Numbered from the stretch's first letter, positions 53,501 through 62,951 are shown. The stretch: 64,000 nucleotides of DNA from an uncultured delta proteobacterium (GCA_963769935.1 CAVYNY010000018.1:295016-359015), one strand, 5' to 3'. Notes: a model not told the origin generated them from the sequence alone. Numbers and translations are program-made.

Positions 53501-54676
53501 GAAAGTTTGGGCCGCAGCATTACGCTGCCGGTGGTGCGGGCAGCCCTGGCTGAGAACAGCCGCATCAAAAGAGGCCTGATGAATCGCCTGGAATATGCGG
53601 TTGCAAACGACTCAGCCGGTCCGGTCGACGGTGTGCGACTGAAGGTCGATATTGCCGGCTACAGCCACACGAGCGAGGAATTCCGCCTCGATGCGGGTGC
53701 ATCCCGCAACGTTGCGGTGATTGTGGGCGGCTATGCAGATTTGGCTGACGCAGAGACGGTTGCCTCAATTGTTGAAATCACACCGGGTGAAAACGAGCGG
53801 GTTGAAATCGTTCGAACCGGCGATCTGGCGGTCGGCGACGGCATGCTGGCGGTCGATATTTTAAATGAGGCGTTTACCCGGGGCGGAACCGGAAGCCTGC
53901 GCTTTACTTTGGAAAATACCGGCGAAGAAGACATTGAAATTGTCACCGCCACCGGTTTCGGCGCGGCGCCGTCCGACGAGATATTCGTCAATCTGCTGGA
54001 TGCCGATGGTTTAATGCTTTCTTCAACGTCGCTCAAGCAAAGTGCCGATGTGGACTGCCTGGCAGGATCCTGCGTGGCGCGCATTCCGGCCGGCGCTGCT
54101 TTTACATCCCGACCGATGGAGGTCCCCGTGCCGTTCGGCTCACCGGATCAAGTGATCGTCGAGCTGCAAATCGACAGCATCCACTACCACCTGGGGCAGC
54201 CGGATGCGGTGACCATGCAGGGCTTGATCACCACCCGCCAGGTCAATTTAGCCGATACCACGTACTTCGGCGAGGTGGTGGATATTTCACCGGAAAGCTC
54301 CATCGGCGATGAGGATATTATCATCTCCGGCCGGGCCGTTGAACGCGACAGCGGCCTGCCCCTGCCGGGTGTGCCTCTTAATCTGGTTATTTATACCGAC
54401 GGTTTCGAACGCAAAAATCCGGTATTTACCGACGATGAGGGCAATTTCAGCTTCACTTTCACGCCCCTGCCCGGTGAATCCGGCATTTACAAGGTGTGGG
54501 CGGTTCATCCGGATATCCAGGACCGGCCGGATCAGGGGCAGTTCGTGATCAATCGCCTCTCCGTCAATCCCACCCTAATCAATATGAGTGCGCCCCGCAA
54601 TTACGAGCAGAACATCAACATTCAGGTCACCGCCGGCAAGGGCACCACGGTCGACAATCTGCAGCTGGTCATATGA
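50459..54676 (+). CDS. Giant adhesin-Rhs protein, segment 2: Fn3 and Ig-like domains
   Basis: YYFAVVAVD..GN, YYRVSAVDSAGNES and similar. Completes the Fn3 domain begun in segment 1 if one base is restored near 50455. Confidence 0.8.
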   Translation: MDEGHFAYTVENLQRGTTYYFAVVAVDRVGNAHTTATPASGKPIDVVPPEDVKNLKVESFAARLVFAWDHSVDSYGDLATYKVCFGDDDQGETLPKEQNSYEKTGLTPAAAYKFKVITVDNDQNLSDGTQVTGVTLLANPVNLAAEPYSGYVSLSWEGSTPSQYVKRYAVYLSESDFATVAGMTPVITTGDVKARVAGLTNHTAYYFAVTTVNISGGEDKAVKAVSATPLPDTEGPQISDLKVNDLVLADGQTLAHPAAFSCQASDPAGVSRVEFFIDGSLLRTDYSPPYTAFWNIAAVEDREYTLRIDAYDTLGNHSTLEYRLVVTLEPPADAPQITQPQTGTVTNQSTVTVAGSADKYSHVIFYLNDNDTGGAATVDPLGKFSTTLSLIEGANRIQAAAGNRAGVGPKSAEVLIMLDTTLPATPFNLTALAQPGGVVKLSWQMPPDAEAAGYNLYRAAESFTSAAAAVRINTHLITGQSFSDLTPEDGTWYYRVSAVDSAGNESDLSVEALAKADSTAPRVVAIDYTPQGAFDAATGAMAPGTVQLMVTVSEALATAPFFSINPEGGMPLSVELVRATDLTYTGYFVISEATPSGTARAVFSGQDLVGNRGTDIDSGGVIHIDTDGPAVTRLVVSPSEPIKNDEQNPVTVSVTLGLNEKLKSGSAPQLGYLLSGAGREAITIETLTETAPQAGDAATWQAEFVMPANAGLAGPETFHLIYRGSDELGNVGDRIMAANLFQVYQGELPPLAPPLEFKAQALAGGKIRLTWIGVVEAVGYQLYRRAPGEDELTAYQRLDVVEAYVDEPGVEGTYAYAIASIRRANEQEALSGMSAPVAVTSDSTAPGAPRNLVLELAANGIKASWEPGQAAETVTYSLYRAPLDEISSVAGLTPLTTGIVAISALDPNPSPNDHCYIVTAVDKVGNESPPSNSFYLNFELLPVASLKVVQKDSQPPQVTWTHAGGSIIGYDIYLGQQEPKIKLNPEIVTDTAFTDVGYSGDERTYTVVALDGTDESLGRSITLPVVRAALAENSRIKRGLMNRLEYAVANDSAGPVDGVRLKVDIAGYSHTSEEFRLDAGASRNVAVIVGGYADLADAETVASIVEITPGENERVEIVRTGDLAVGDGMLAVDILNEAFTRGGTGSLRFTLENTGEEDIEIVTATGFGAAPSDEIFVNLLDADGLMLSSTSLKQSADVDCLAGSCVARIPAGAAFTSRPMEVPVPFGSPDQVIVELQIDSIHYHLGQPDAVTMQGLITTRQVNLADTTYFGEVVDISPESSIGDEDIIISGRAVERDSGLPLPGVPLNLVIYTDGFERKNPVFTDDEGNFSFTFTPLPGESGIYKVWAVHPDIQDRPDQGQFVINRLSVNPTLINMSAPRNYEQNINIQVTAGKGTTVDNLQLVI

Positions 54677-56300
54677 CGAAGCGGACCAGGTAGAAGGGAT
54701 TCATCCCCCAGGGGTTCACGTTACACTGGGGTCCCCGGTATCGGTGCTGTCCTCCGGCAAGTCCGCTGTGCTGACCTGCCGGGTGTGGGCCGACAACACG
54801 GCCGGGGAGACCGGCAAAATCGTGCTCAAGGTTAAAAGCGATGAAACCGGTGTCGGGGCCTGGCAATCCGTGGTGATCAACACCCATTTTACGGAGGCGC
54901 ACCCGGTGCTGGATGCCGTGCCGCATTTCGTCGAGACCGGGGTGGTCCGGGGGGAGGCCGTCACCGAACGTCTGGTGCTGAACAACAAAGGCCTGGCGGA
55001 TCTGTTCGAATTGAAGCTGGCTCTCGTCGATGCCGATGATAACCCGGCGCCCGCCTGGGTCCAGCTGGGCGCTGCGGCGCAGCAGGGCACCCTGGCAATC
55101 GGTGAATCGCGCGAGATCAACCTGACCTTTGCGCCGACCGCTGAGGTGGCCGAAGGTGATTACACCTATTACCTGAAGGTTTCCGGCGACAACTATCCGC
55201 AGGCTAAAATCGCCCTGTACGCCGCCGTGCGGCAGGAAGGGCTGGGCAGTGCCCTGTTCAAGGTCATCGATGTCTACACCGGCACCCTCAATGCCGCTGG
55301 TGATATTATCCAGGGCGTTTCCGGAGCCAAGATTGCACTTCAAAACGAAACGGTTGAATCCATCAAATTTTCCGGAACTTCAAACAATCTTGGCGAGGTC
55401 GAGTTTTACGACATGCCGGCCGGCCGCTATTACTGTCGGGTGACCTCCGGCGGACACCAGGACTACAGCGGCCATTTGTGGATCAAGCCCGGAATCACAG
55501 CAACACAAGAGATTACCCTCCTGTATCGGGCCGTATCGGTGGAGTGGAATGTTACCGAAACCACCATCGAGGACAAATACGAAATCGTTTTATCCGCAAC
55601 CTATGAAACCAATGTGCCGGCGCCGGTCATCATCGCGGAACCGCTGTCCACCACCCTGCCGGAGATGCGTGCCGGCGATGTATACACCGGTGAATTCACC
55701 CTGACCAACTACGGCCTGATCCGGGGCGTTTTTTACGGCATCAAGCTGCCCGCGAACAACGAAAACTATACCTATGAATTTTTAAGCGGGTTGCCCGAGG
55801 CCCTGGAACCCAAACAGCGCATCAGCGTGCCCTTCCGGGTGACCTGCTTGAAATCAATCAATGCAAGCGACGGCTCCGGTACCGGTGGGGGCAGTGGGGA
55901 CGGTGCAGGCACCATTGAATTTCCATACCGCTCCAATTGCGCCGACAGTATAGCGGTTCACTACATTTTCGCAGAATCAGGCCAAGCCGCAGGTGCCGGC
56001 GGTGTTCTGAATCTTTCCGGTCCAAATGGATCCGCTGGGTTTGGATCTTCGGGCTCACCTTCCTCGAAAACCCTGTCCGGCACGCGCTGTATTCGGAAAC
56101 CGCCCCGCAGAGAATCGGGCAGGCTCAGCGGCGGACAGGGTGCGTCCAGCGACCGAAAAGAGACCAAACAAAACCAATGTCAAACCACCCATTCTTTTGT
56201 CAACACGGTATTGGGTGAATACAGCCGGGGCAAAGTGGATCTTGCCGTCAAAGTGCCGGGCGGCCGGATCGAGGTGTACCGGTCATATTATAACGACTAG
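54588..56300 (+). CDS. Giant adhesin-Rhs protein, segment 3: Ig/carboxypeptidase-like domains and pre-Rhs region
   Basis: Continues segment 2 (LQLV-YDEAD) after a +1 indel at 54671. Contains VEWNVTETTIEDKYEIVL.ATYETNVPAPV and VNT..GEY....VDL.V.VPGG.I.V.R.Y. Ends at an in-frame TAG. Confidence 0.75.
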   Translation: MRPAITSRTSTFRSPPARAPRSTICSWSYDEADQVEGIHPPGVHVTLGSPVSVLSSGKSAVLTCRVWADNTAGETGKIVLKVKSDETGVGAWQSVVINTHFTEAHPVLDAVPHFVETGVVRGEAVTERLVLNNKGLADLFELKLALVDADDNPAPAWVQLGAAAQQGTLAIGESREINLTFAPTAEVAEGDYTYYLKVSGDNYPQAKIALYAAVRQEGLGSALFKVIDVYTGTLNAAGDIIQGVSGAKIALQNETVESIKFSGTSNNLGEVEFYDMPAGRYYCRVTSGGHQDYSGHLWIKPGITATQEITLLYRAVSVEWNVTETTIEDKYEIVLSATYETNVPAPVIIAEPLSTTLPEMRAGDVYTGEFTLTNYGLIRGVFYGIKLPANNENYTYEFLSGLPEALEPKQRISVPFRVTCLKSINASDGSGTGGGSGDGAGTIEFPYRSNCADSIAVHYIFAESGQAAGAGGVLNLSGPNGSAGFGSSGSPSSKTLSGTRCIRKPPRRESGRLSGGQGASSDRKETKQNQCQTTHSFVNTVLGEYSRGKVDLAVKVPGGRIEVYRSYYND

Positions 56301-56327
56301 TGGCACTGGGAGCACCGGCGCAATAAT

Positions 56328-59300
56328 TTGAAATTCATTTTGGATGCTCTGGGTCATGTTGAGTTTATTGACAAGGGAGGCGTTTTATACGCGGCCGCTC
56401 TATTAAGATTAAACCCGCTGAGTGCAACTTTATATTTGCCTGAAACCTATATCTATAAAAACGATATCTATACGATTACCGTCTGGACGGATATCAACAA
56501 CCGCAGAATGCGCTGGCAGGACCGGTTATGGCAACTGGCGCGAATACGATGGCAGCGGACGCATGACATCTTACGGCACTTCGAACGGCGTTTTGGCCAG
56601 ACTACTATACGAGCCGGGGAAGACGGTCGGCTGAGCGGCATTGCCGACCGCAACGACCGTCAGGTTATCTGGTATGAGTATGACGGGGACCTGATAGCAT
56701 CCGTGCATGACATCGACGGCCGCCGGGTCGAATACGGCTACACCAACGACCTGCTGACACAAGTTGCCGATCTGACCGCCGGTATCACCCGCTATGAGTA
56801 TGATGAAAAAGGCCGGGTTGAAAAAGCTGTCAATGCCGAAAACCAGGAAGCATCCGTCACATATGACGAATATGGCTACGTGAGCTCGGTGGTAGACGTT
56901 GACAGCAAAGGCTACTTTTTCGACTGGGACTATGACGAAGGCAAAGGCGAATATTACACCCGCATCCGGTATGCATCCGGCAAAATCAAAGAGATCTGGT
57001 ATGACAACGACGGGGACACCCAACGGGTTGCAATCAACGGCCGCATCATACAAAAGATCACCAAAGATGGCCGCAACCTGATCGTCGATGACGGCCAGGG
57101 CAGACTTACCCGCAAAGAATATGACGAGTGGGACAATCTGACCCGGGTGATTTACCCGGACGGCACTAGCGTCAATTACGAATATGAGCACAGGTTCAAC
57201 CGCATTATCAAAGAAACCAATGAGAGAGGTGTAATTACCGAATACGAATATGATGATGCCGGCAACATGATCCGCAAGATTGAGGCAGCGGGCACGACCG
57301 ATGAGAGGGTGACCGAATACACCTATGATGACGACAACAACCTGTTGACAATCAGGCGTCTGGCCGGTGCCGACACAGCCGAGGCCCTGACAGAAATGAC
57401 GTACGATGATGCGGGCAACTTAAGCTCCCTCACCGATCCGGAGAACAAGATAACGCAATTTACCGAGTATGACATCATGGGCAACGTGCTGACCAAAATC
57501 GATGGCCGGGGCAAGCAATGGTCGTACGAATACGATGCGGCCGGCAGGCTGAAAGCTGTGATCGATCCGGTCGTCAACAACACCGAGCCCTATCGCAACA
57601 TCACCAGTATATACTACGACCATCTTGGCAACAAAGTGCGCAAGGTCGATCCGCTGAACCGCGAGACCTTATACGGTTACGATAAAAACGGCAATTTAAG
57701 CACGGTCACCGATCATCTGGGCAATGTCACCCGATACGAGTACAACGACGCTGACCAACTGATCCGCCAGGTGGACGCCGAAGGCAAGATCACCCGCTAC
57801 GAATATGACCTCGACGGCCGGCTGGTAAACACCATCGACGGCAACGGCAATGAAATAATTACGGAGTATAACGATGCAGTGATTTCAGGCTGCTCATCAT
57901 GCAGCAGCAGTGCTGGAACCAACCAGCCGGCGCGCATCAGTTATCCGACCTTCGAAAAGCATTTTTCATATGACAAGCGCGGTCGCAAACTGGTTGAGAC
58001 TGATGTCCTTAGCGAGACCGAATCCTATATGACGCAATTCGGCTACGATGACACCGGCAACCTGATCTCCCGCATCGACAAGGAGGGCAATTCAACGGGA
58101 TATGGTTACGATTCTTTGAACCGACTGATCAAGGTGACCGATGCGATGAACCAGGAGACTCGTTACACTTATGATAACCGAGACAACCTGATCGCGCTGA
58201 CCGATGCGGAAAACCACACCACCCGCTTTGAATACGACCGCAATAATCGGCTGGTGAGGGAGATTCGGCCTGGGGGACAGCAGACCGTTTACAATTACGA
58301 TGGAGCCGGCAATCTCATTGAAAAAATAGATGCCAAAGACCAGAAGACAGAATATGACTATGATGATGCCGGACGGCTGGAAGAAATACGCTATTATGAG
58401 CCGGACGATTATACAATTCCGGCCAAGACGGTTGGTTTTGCATACGATCGGGCCGGCAATCTAAACGGCTATGACGACGGTGTTACATCGGCCATTTATA
58501 CCTTTGACGATTTGAATCGGAAGTTGTCGGAGACGGTAGACTACGGAAAATTTGAGCTCTCTTACAGCTACACTTATTACAAAAACGGGCTGAAGAAGAC
58601 TTTCACCGGCCCGGACGGCGTCACCTATGAGTACACCTATGATGATAATAATCAGTTAAGTGGTGTAAAAATACCCAACGTGGGCAGCATCACGTACAGC
58701 GAGTACAAATGGAACAAGCCGACCGAGGTATTGCTGCCGGGCGGAAGCAAAAGGCAGTATGAATATGATCCGCTCATGCGGGTAAAGTCGATCATCGCCA
58801 AAGATCCCGGCCAGAATATTTTGATGAATTATCAGTACAATTATGATAAGGTGGACAACATAAAAGCTAAATCTACAGAGCATGGATCTTATTCTTATGG
58901 CTATGATGACCTATACAGGCTGACCATCGCCGACAATCCCATGCAAGCGGATGAAGCATTCACCTACGATGCCATGGGCAATCGACTGACGGATGCAAGC
59001 GCTATAGGAAATTGGGACTACAATGCAAACAACGAGCTTTTGGGTTATGATAAGGTTGCCTTTGAATATGATGACAATGGAAACATGGTCCAAAAGACCG
59101 TTGGTGGTCAGATTACATTGTTCTTTTACAATTTAGAGGATCGTTTGGATCGAGTTGAAGACGGCGATGGCTCTGTGATAAGCTCATATTACTATGATCC
59201 GTTTGGAAGAAGGCTTTGGAAGAAAGCAAGCGAACAAAGAATTTATTTTTTCTATTCTGATGAGGGGTTGATTGCTGAAGTTGATGATGCAGGAAATGTT

Positions 59301-59942
59301 GCCAAATCGTATGGCTACAAGCCGGGATCAACATGGACCACTGATTCGCTGTTTATGAAGATAGGCGCCGAATATTACTACTACCAAAATGACCACCTGG
59401 GTACCCCCCAAAAGATGACGGCTGTCAATGGGGCTACTATTTGGTCAGCTAAATACTCTCCTTTTGGGGAAGCAAATATAAATACTTCTTCCACCGTAAT
59501 CAATCCTCTCCGCTTTCCTGGCCAATACTTTGATGAAGAAACGGGAACGAAATACAACTGGCATAGATACTACGATTCATTCATTGGAAGATATTTAAGA
59601 GTTGATCCAATTCTTCTTGTATTTACTGAAGAAAATCATCAAATTTTCCATCTTTCTTTTTTTCGACAACACCTAATAAACTATCTCCATATGTTTATAC
59701 ATTTAACAATCCATTGTCATATACTGACCCTAAAGGCTTGTTCTGTGGTTCAGAGCGAGATAATACAGAAGGTAAGGTCCCAGATAAACCACTACCTTGG
59801 TGTGATTTTAGTGAATGCTGTCGGCAACATGATAAATGTTATGAAGGAAAGCAGGGCTGTAATAAAACAAAAAAGCAGTGCGATGATGAATTCTGCAGAT
59901 GTTTATATGCTAAATCTTATTACATCGGTTGTGGCTCTTTAG
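56328..59942 (+). CDS. Giant adhesin-Rhs protein, segment 4: YD/Rhs repeats and Rhs-associated core
   Basis: Many Y.YD..G(N/R)L repeats, DHLGTPQ, LRFPGQYFDEETG..YNWHRYYD...GRYLRVDP. In frame with segment 3 across the TAG. The true frame shifts near 59660. Confidence 0.92.
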   Translation: MKFILDALGHVEFIDKGGVLYAAALLRLNPLSATLYLPETYIYKNDIYTITVWTDINNRRMRWQDRLWQLARIRWQRTHDILRHFERRFGQTTIRAGEDGRLSGIADRNDRQVIWYEYDGDLIASVHDIDGRRVEYGYTNDLLTQVADLTAGITRYEYDEKGRVEKAVNAENQEASVTYDEYGYVSSVVDVDSKGYFFDWDYDEGKGEYYTRIRYASGKIKEIWYDNDGDTQRVAINGRIIQKITKDGRNLIVDDGQGRLTRKEYDEWDNLTRVIYPDGTSVNYEYEHRFNRIIKETNERGVITEYEYDDAGNMIRKIEAAGTTDERVTEYTYDDDNNLLTIRRLAGADTAEALTEMTYDDAGNLSSLTDPENKITQFTEYDIMGNVLTKIDGRGKQWSYEYDAAGRLKAVIDPVVNNTEPYRNITSIYYDHLGNKVRKVDPLNRETLYGYDKNGNLSTVTDHLGNVTRYEYNDADQLIRQVDAEGKITRYEYDLDGRLVNTIDGNGNEIITEYNDAVISGCSSCSSSAGTNQPARISYPTFEKHFSYDKRGRKLVETDVLSETESYMTQFGYDDTGNLISRIDKEGNSTGYGYDSLNRLIKVTDAMNQETRYTYDNRDNLIALTDAENHTTRFEYDRNNRLVREIRPGGQQTVYNYDGAGNLIEKIDAKDQKTEYDYDDAGRLEEIRYYEPDDYTIPAKTVGFAYDRAGNLNGYDDGVTSAIYTFDDLNRKLSETVDYGKFELSYSYTYYKNGLKKTFTGPDGVTYEYTYDDNNQLSGVKIPNVGSITYSEYKWNKPTEVLLPGGSKRQYEYDPLMRVKSIIAKDPGQNILMNYQYNYDKVDNIKAKSTEHGSYSYGYDDLYRLTIADNPMQADEAFTYDAMGNRLTDASAIGNWDYNANNELLGYDKVAFEYDDNGNMVQKTVGGQITLFFYNLEDRLDRVEDGDGSVISSYYYDPFGRRLWKKASEQRIYFFYSDEGLIAEVDDAGNVAKSYGYKPGSTWTTDSLFMKIGAEYYYYQNDHLGTPQKMTAVNGATIWSAKYSPFGEANINTSSTVINPLRFPGQYFDEETGTKYNWHRYYDSFIGRYLRVDPILLVFTEENHQIFHLSFFRQHLINYLHMFIHLTIHCHILTLKACSVVQSEIIQKVRSQINHYLGVILVNAVGNMINVMKESRAVIKQKSSAMMNSADVYMLNLITSVVAL

Positions 59943-60031
59943 CAGGCGCTTATTGTGAAAGAGGTACAGAAGCACCTAGTAGCAAATATTTTGATCCTGC
60001 TAGAAAAGAAGGTCCTTGCGGCTGTGATTAG
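59714..60031 (+). CDS. Rhs core end and C-terminal toxin tip, phospholipase A2-like
   Basis: This frame reads YVYTFNNPLSYTDPKGL (Rhs boundary motif), then a 96-aa tip with 13 Cys, CCRQHDKCY and CDDEFCRCL. Confidence 0.8.
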   Translation: MSYTDPKGLFCGSERDNTEGKVPDKPLPWCDFSECCRQHDKCYEGKQGCNKTKKQCDDEFCRCLYAKSYYIGCGSLAGAYCERGTEAPSSKYFDPARKEGPCGCD

Positions 60032-60057
60032 GAAAAGATACAAAGGGATAATGATAA

Positions 60058-60411
60058 ATGAATGTAGGAACTGAAGGGGTTATATACATTTGGTTGAGTA
60101 TTATATGGATATCGGGATGGCCATTTATAGTTGTTCCTTTATTTTTATTTTTTAAAAGGAGCAAGATAATAAAAAAAGCTCTTTTCTTAATATTGGGTAT
60201 CCTGGCTTGCTATATCATACAGATAATTTTTGAATTTGCATCTATCCCTTTCTTAAAGGGAGAACTAAAAAACTATTTTCTTGAAAATAACTATCACTAT
60301 TTAACATGGATTATTCGAATAATTACAGTCTGTAGGCTAATGATAGCTTTGGTTGTACTTTCCATTATGTCTAAATTGCAAATTTTTGATATAGTTGACA
60401 AAAAAGGATAG
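60058..60411 (+). CDS. Small membrane protein (~3 TM), candidate cognate immunity protein
   Basis: Lies 26 bp after the toxin tip, is AT-rich and has three hydrophobic segments. The function is inferred from position. Confidence 0.6.
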   Translation: MNVGTEGVIYIWLSIIWISGWPFIVVPLFLFFKRSKIIKKALFLILGILACYIIQIIFEFASIPFLKGELKNYFLENNYHYLTWIIRIITVCRLMIALVVLSIMSKLQIFDIVDKKG

Positions 60412-60430
60412 AAAGACACTGTGGATATTA

Positions 60431-61413
60431 TGGAATGAACCCCTAAAACTGCACAGATCACAGCAATGTGATCAGAGTGTTTTGACCAGGCTCTGGGGTT
60501 AATTCAAACATCAATTCAAATTCGTAAGGAGGACGGTAACCAATAGCGGAATGCAGCCGCTTATGATTATACACATCTTCGATAAAATATGGAATCCGTT
60601 TTTGGACATCTTCCATGGTACGGTATTCCCAAAGATGGACTTCCTCGGATTTTAAGGTTTTCATAAAACTTTCCGCAAAGGCATTATCATAGGGGTTGCC
60701 TTTACGGCTCATGCTATTTGAAACCCATAGAACTTAAGCTCTTTTACATAATCGGCGGATGCATATTGCACACCGCGATCCGAATGATGAATACATCCCC
60801 ACGGTGGATTCCGGTTGACGATGGCCATGCGCAAGGCGTCCAATGTCAGCTGCGTATCGATATTGCGTGAGATCGCATAGCCGATCGTTTTGCGGGAATA
60901 GACATCCAAGATCACCGCCAAGTAAATAAAGCATACCAGGATATGGATGTAAGTGATATCGGCCAGCCACAGCTGGTTGATCCCGTTTAAAGTTAAATCT
61001 TTGATCAGATTCGGGAACACCGGCAGCTTGTTGTTGCTATCTGTGGTACAAACCCACTTTTTCTTTTGGGGTCGGCAAAGCCATTGGTTTCTCGCGCATG
61101 ATGCGGTGAACTTTCTTGTGATTGACCAGCCAGCCTTCGCGCTTGATTTGTTCGGTCACCCGGCGGTATCCATACTTGGGAAAGTCCAGGCAAATTTGCT
61201 CTATACGCTCAAGCAGCGCTTTGTCAGAAGGTTTTTTCTTCGGCTTATAGTAGAAACTGCGTCGGGGAAGATTCATCAGTTCACACCCCCTTTCAATGTT
61301 TTCGATGAGGGGGCGGTTTTCGGTAATAAACTTTCTTTTTTCTGAGTTTGTTTGAGGCTGTTGCGTACGGCTTTTTTTAAAAATTCATTTTCCAGGGTAA
61401 CCTTACCCAACAG
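60431..61413 (-). mobile_element. IS3-family insertion sequence, 5'-truncated
   Basis: OrfB pieces with YGYRRV, WLADITY, HHSDRGVQY and NAFAESFMKTLKSE (indels near 61085 and 60715). The OrfA C-terminus ends at 61276. One terminal IR, TGGAATGAACCCCTAAAACTGCACAG, at 60431; the other end is missing. Confidence 0.9.
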
Positions 61414-62323
61414 TATGATCCATTCGGCAGAAGGTTGTGGAAAGAATTTGAAGGAGTCAGAACTTATTTTATATACTCTGATGAGGGTTTGGTTGCCGAG
61501 ATTGATGTACTCGGCAATATTACCAAATCCTATGGTTACAAAACAAGCTTTACATGGACCACTGATCCGGTGTACATGAAGGTTGGCAATCAATACTATT
61601 TTTATCAAAATGACCATTTAGGTACTCCACAGAAACTAACTGCTGTCAATGGAGCGGTTGTCTGGTCCGCGAAGTACTCCTCGTTTGGTGAAGCAGATGT
61701 CGATACTTCATCTTGCTTTACAAATAATCTCCGCTTTCCAGGTCAGTTCTTCAATGAAGAAACAGGGCTGCATTATAACTACTTTAGATTTTATTATCCG
61801 AAAACAGGCCGATATCTTAGAACGGATCCTGCTGGTATTATGAGAGGCCTAAACCATTTGTACGGATATTCTAGGAATAACCCTTTACTTTATGTAGATA
61901 TATTTGGGCTTAAGTGTACTGTAGTAGATAGCTTAACAACTCAAACTAATCGATTTGAACACGAAGATGTTGTTTACGGAAATTGGATATATGACACCTA
62001 TGATAGATTCAACGTAAAATGCTGGTGCATCTACTACAGAGATCTTCGAATAGATGTCATTAGGATAGATGCTTTCCGTGTACAAAAGGCACTAAAATGC
62101 ACTGAAAAAGATGAATGTGGAGTAGAGTCTATTTATTATAAGTATGAAACATCTTACGAAAAAGATGTTGAAACGTTCTCCAAATCTGGTGGCAGAGAGT
62201 ACGAACAGCGCTTATAGCTGGATGACTGGAACAGAAGATGTTGAATCTGGTGATGATTGTCATTGTAGTCCAGCTTTCCCAGCCCCTCCCGGATGGTATC
62301 AAAACAAAAAAGTAGAAAAATGA
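61414..62323 (+). pseudogene. Orphan Rhs core plus alternative Cys-rich C-terminal tip (cassette 1)
   Basis: Begins abruptly at YDPFGRRLWKE; has DHLGTPQ, LRFPGQ and NNPLLYVDIFGL, then an unrelated tip. The ORF stops at 62217, but a +1 correction extends it (YSWMTG...CHC...VEK) to 62323. Confidence 0.82.
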
Positions 62324-62351
62324 AATCCAAGAATTTGTAAGGAGAGATTAT

Positions 62352-62951
62352 ATGATATCCTTACCTTATAGGTATTGTTCACATATTTATAATATATTTA
62401 TTTTATCAAGCCTCTTTTTATTATCCTTTTTGTGCATATCATGCCACGCTGATAGCAATGATCAATTTGGGGGAATTATACTCCCTATATATCCGGGTAG
62501 TTATTCAATAAAGCAAGGATATGACTCGAAAATAAAATGCAAATATGCAATATATAAAATAAAGGCTGATTTTCCTGCTGCTGAGGTAGTTAAATACTTA
62601 GAAAATGCATCTCGAGATATGAATTTAGACTATTATAGGGGTGATGGTTCTGGCTCGATGCAATGGGAAAGCTTTAACTATGCTACTGGTAATTGGGAAA
62701 AAGCTGATGGGATACCTGCACGGTATACCGGAACATGGATGGATGAAAAGAGAGAAAAACTCTTTCTTTTACTTATGTCATATAAATACGATGGAAGTAA
62801 CGATGAATGGAAAAATACCTTGAATGTCGATTGCAAAGTCTGCCAGTATTTTCCAGAATATGAACGGAGTGAACCCCCTGAAGAAGTAAAGCAAAAGGTA
62901 AAGCCCCAATTTTTTGGGCTAAATCCAGATTTCCCAACTAGTCAATTATAA
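62352..62951 (+). CDS. Exported hypothetical protein, candidate immunity protein for orphan cassette 1
   Basis: aaggag RBS, hydrophobic N-terminus ending CHA-D, low GC, directly after the orphan tip. Confidence 0.65.
   Translation: MISLPYRYCSHIYNIFILSSLFLLSFLCISCHADSNDQFGGIILPIYPGSYSIKQGYDSKIKCKYAIYKIKADFPAAEVVKYLENASRDMNLDYYRGDGSGSMQWESFNYATGNWEKADGIPARYTGTWMDEKREKLFLLLMSYKYDGSNDEWKNTLNVDCKVCQYFPEYERSEPPEEVKQKVKPQFFGLNPDFPTSQL

Noticed and set aside
56298..56300. In-frame TAG read as pyrrolysine or programmed readthrough
   Set aside because: No pyl genes are in the window, this is not a methylamine methyltransferase context, and neighbouring indels make an error or nonsense change (for example CAG to TAG) more parsimonious.
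59657..59663. Phase-variable poly-T switch for the toxin tip
   Set aside because: T7 is short and homopolymer deletion is a typical long-read error. It cannot be supported without reads.
32182..60031. T6SS, Tc or CdiAB-type delivery
   Set aside because: No PAAR, VgrG, Hcp, SpvB/TcB, TPS or TpsB motifs were recognised, and both large proteins begin with signal peptides.
61276..61617. 113-aa minus-strand ORF as a real gene
   Set aside because: It is a chimera of antisense Rhs sequence and the IS3 orfA C-terminus across the 61413 junction.
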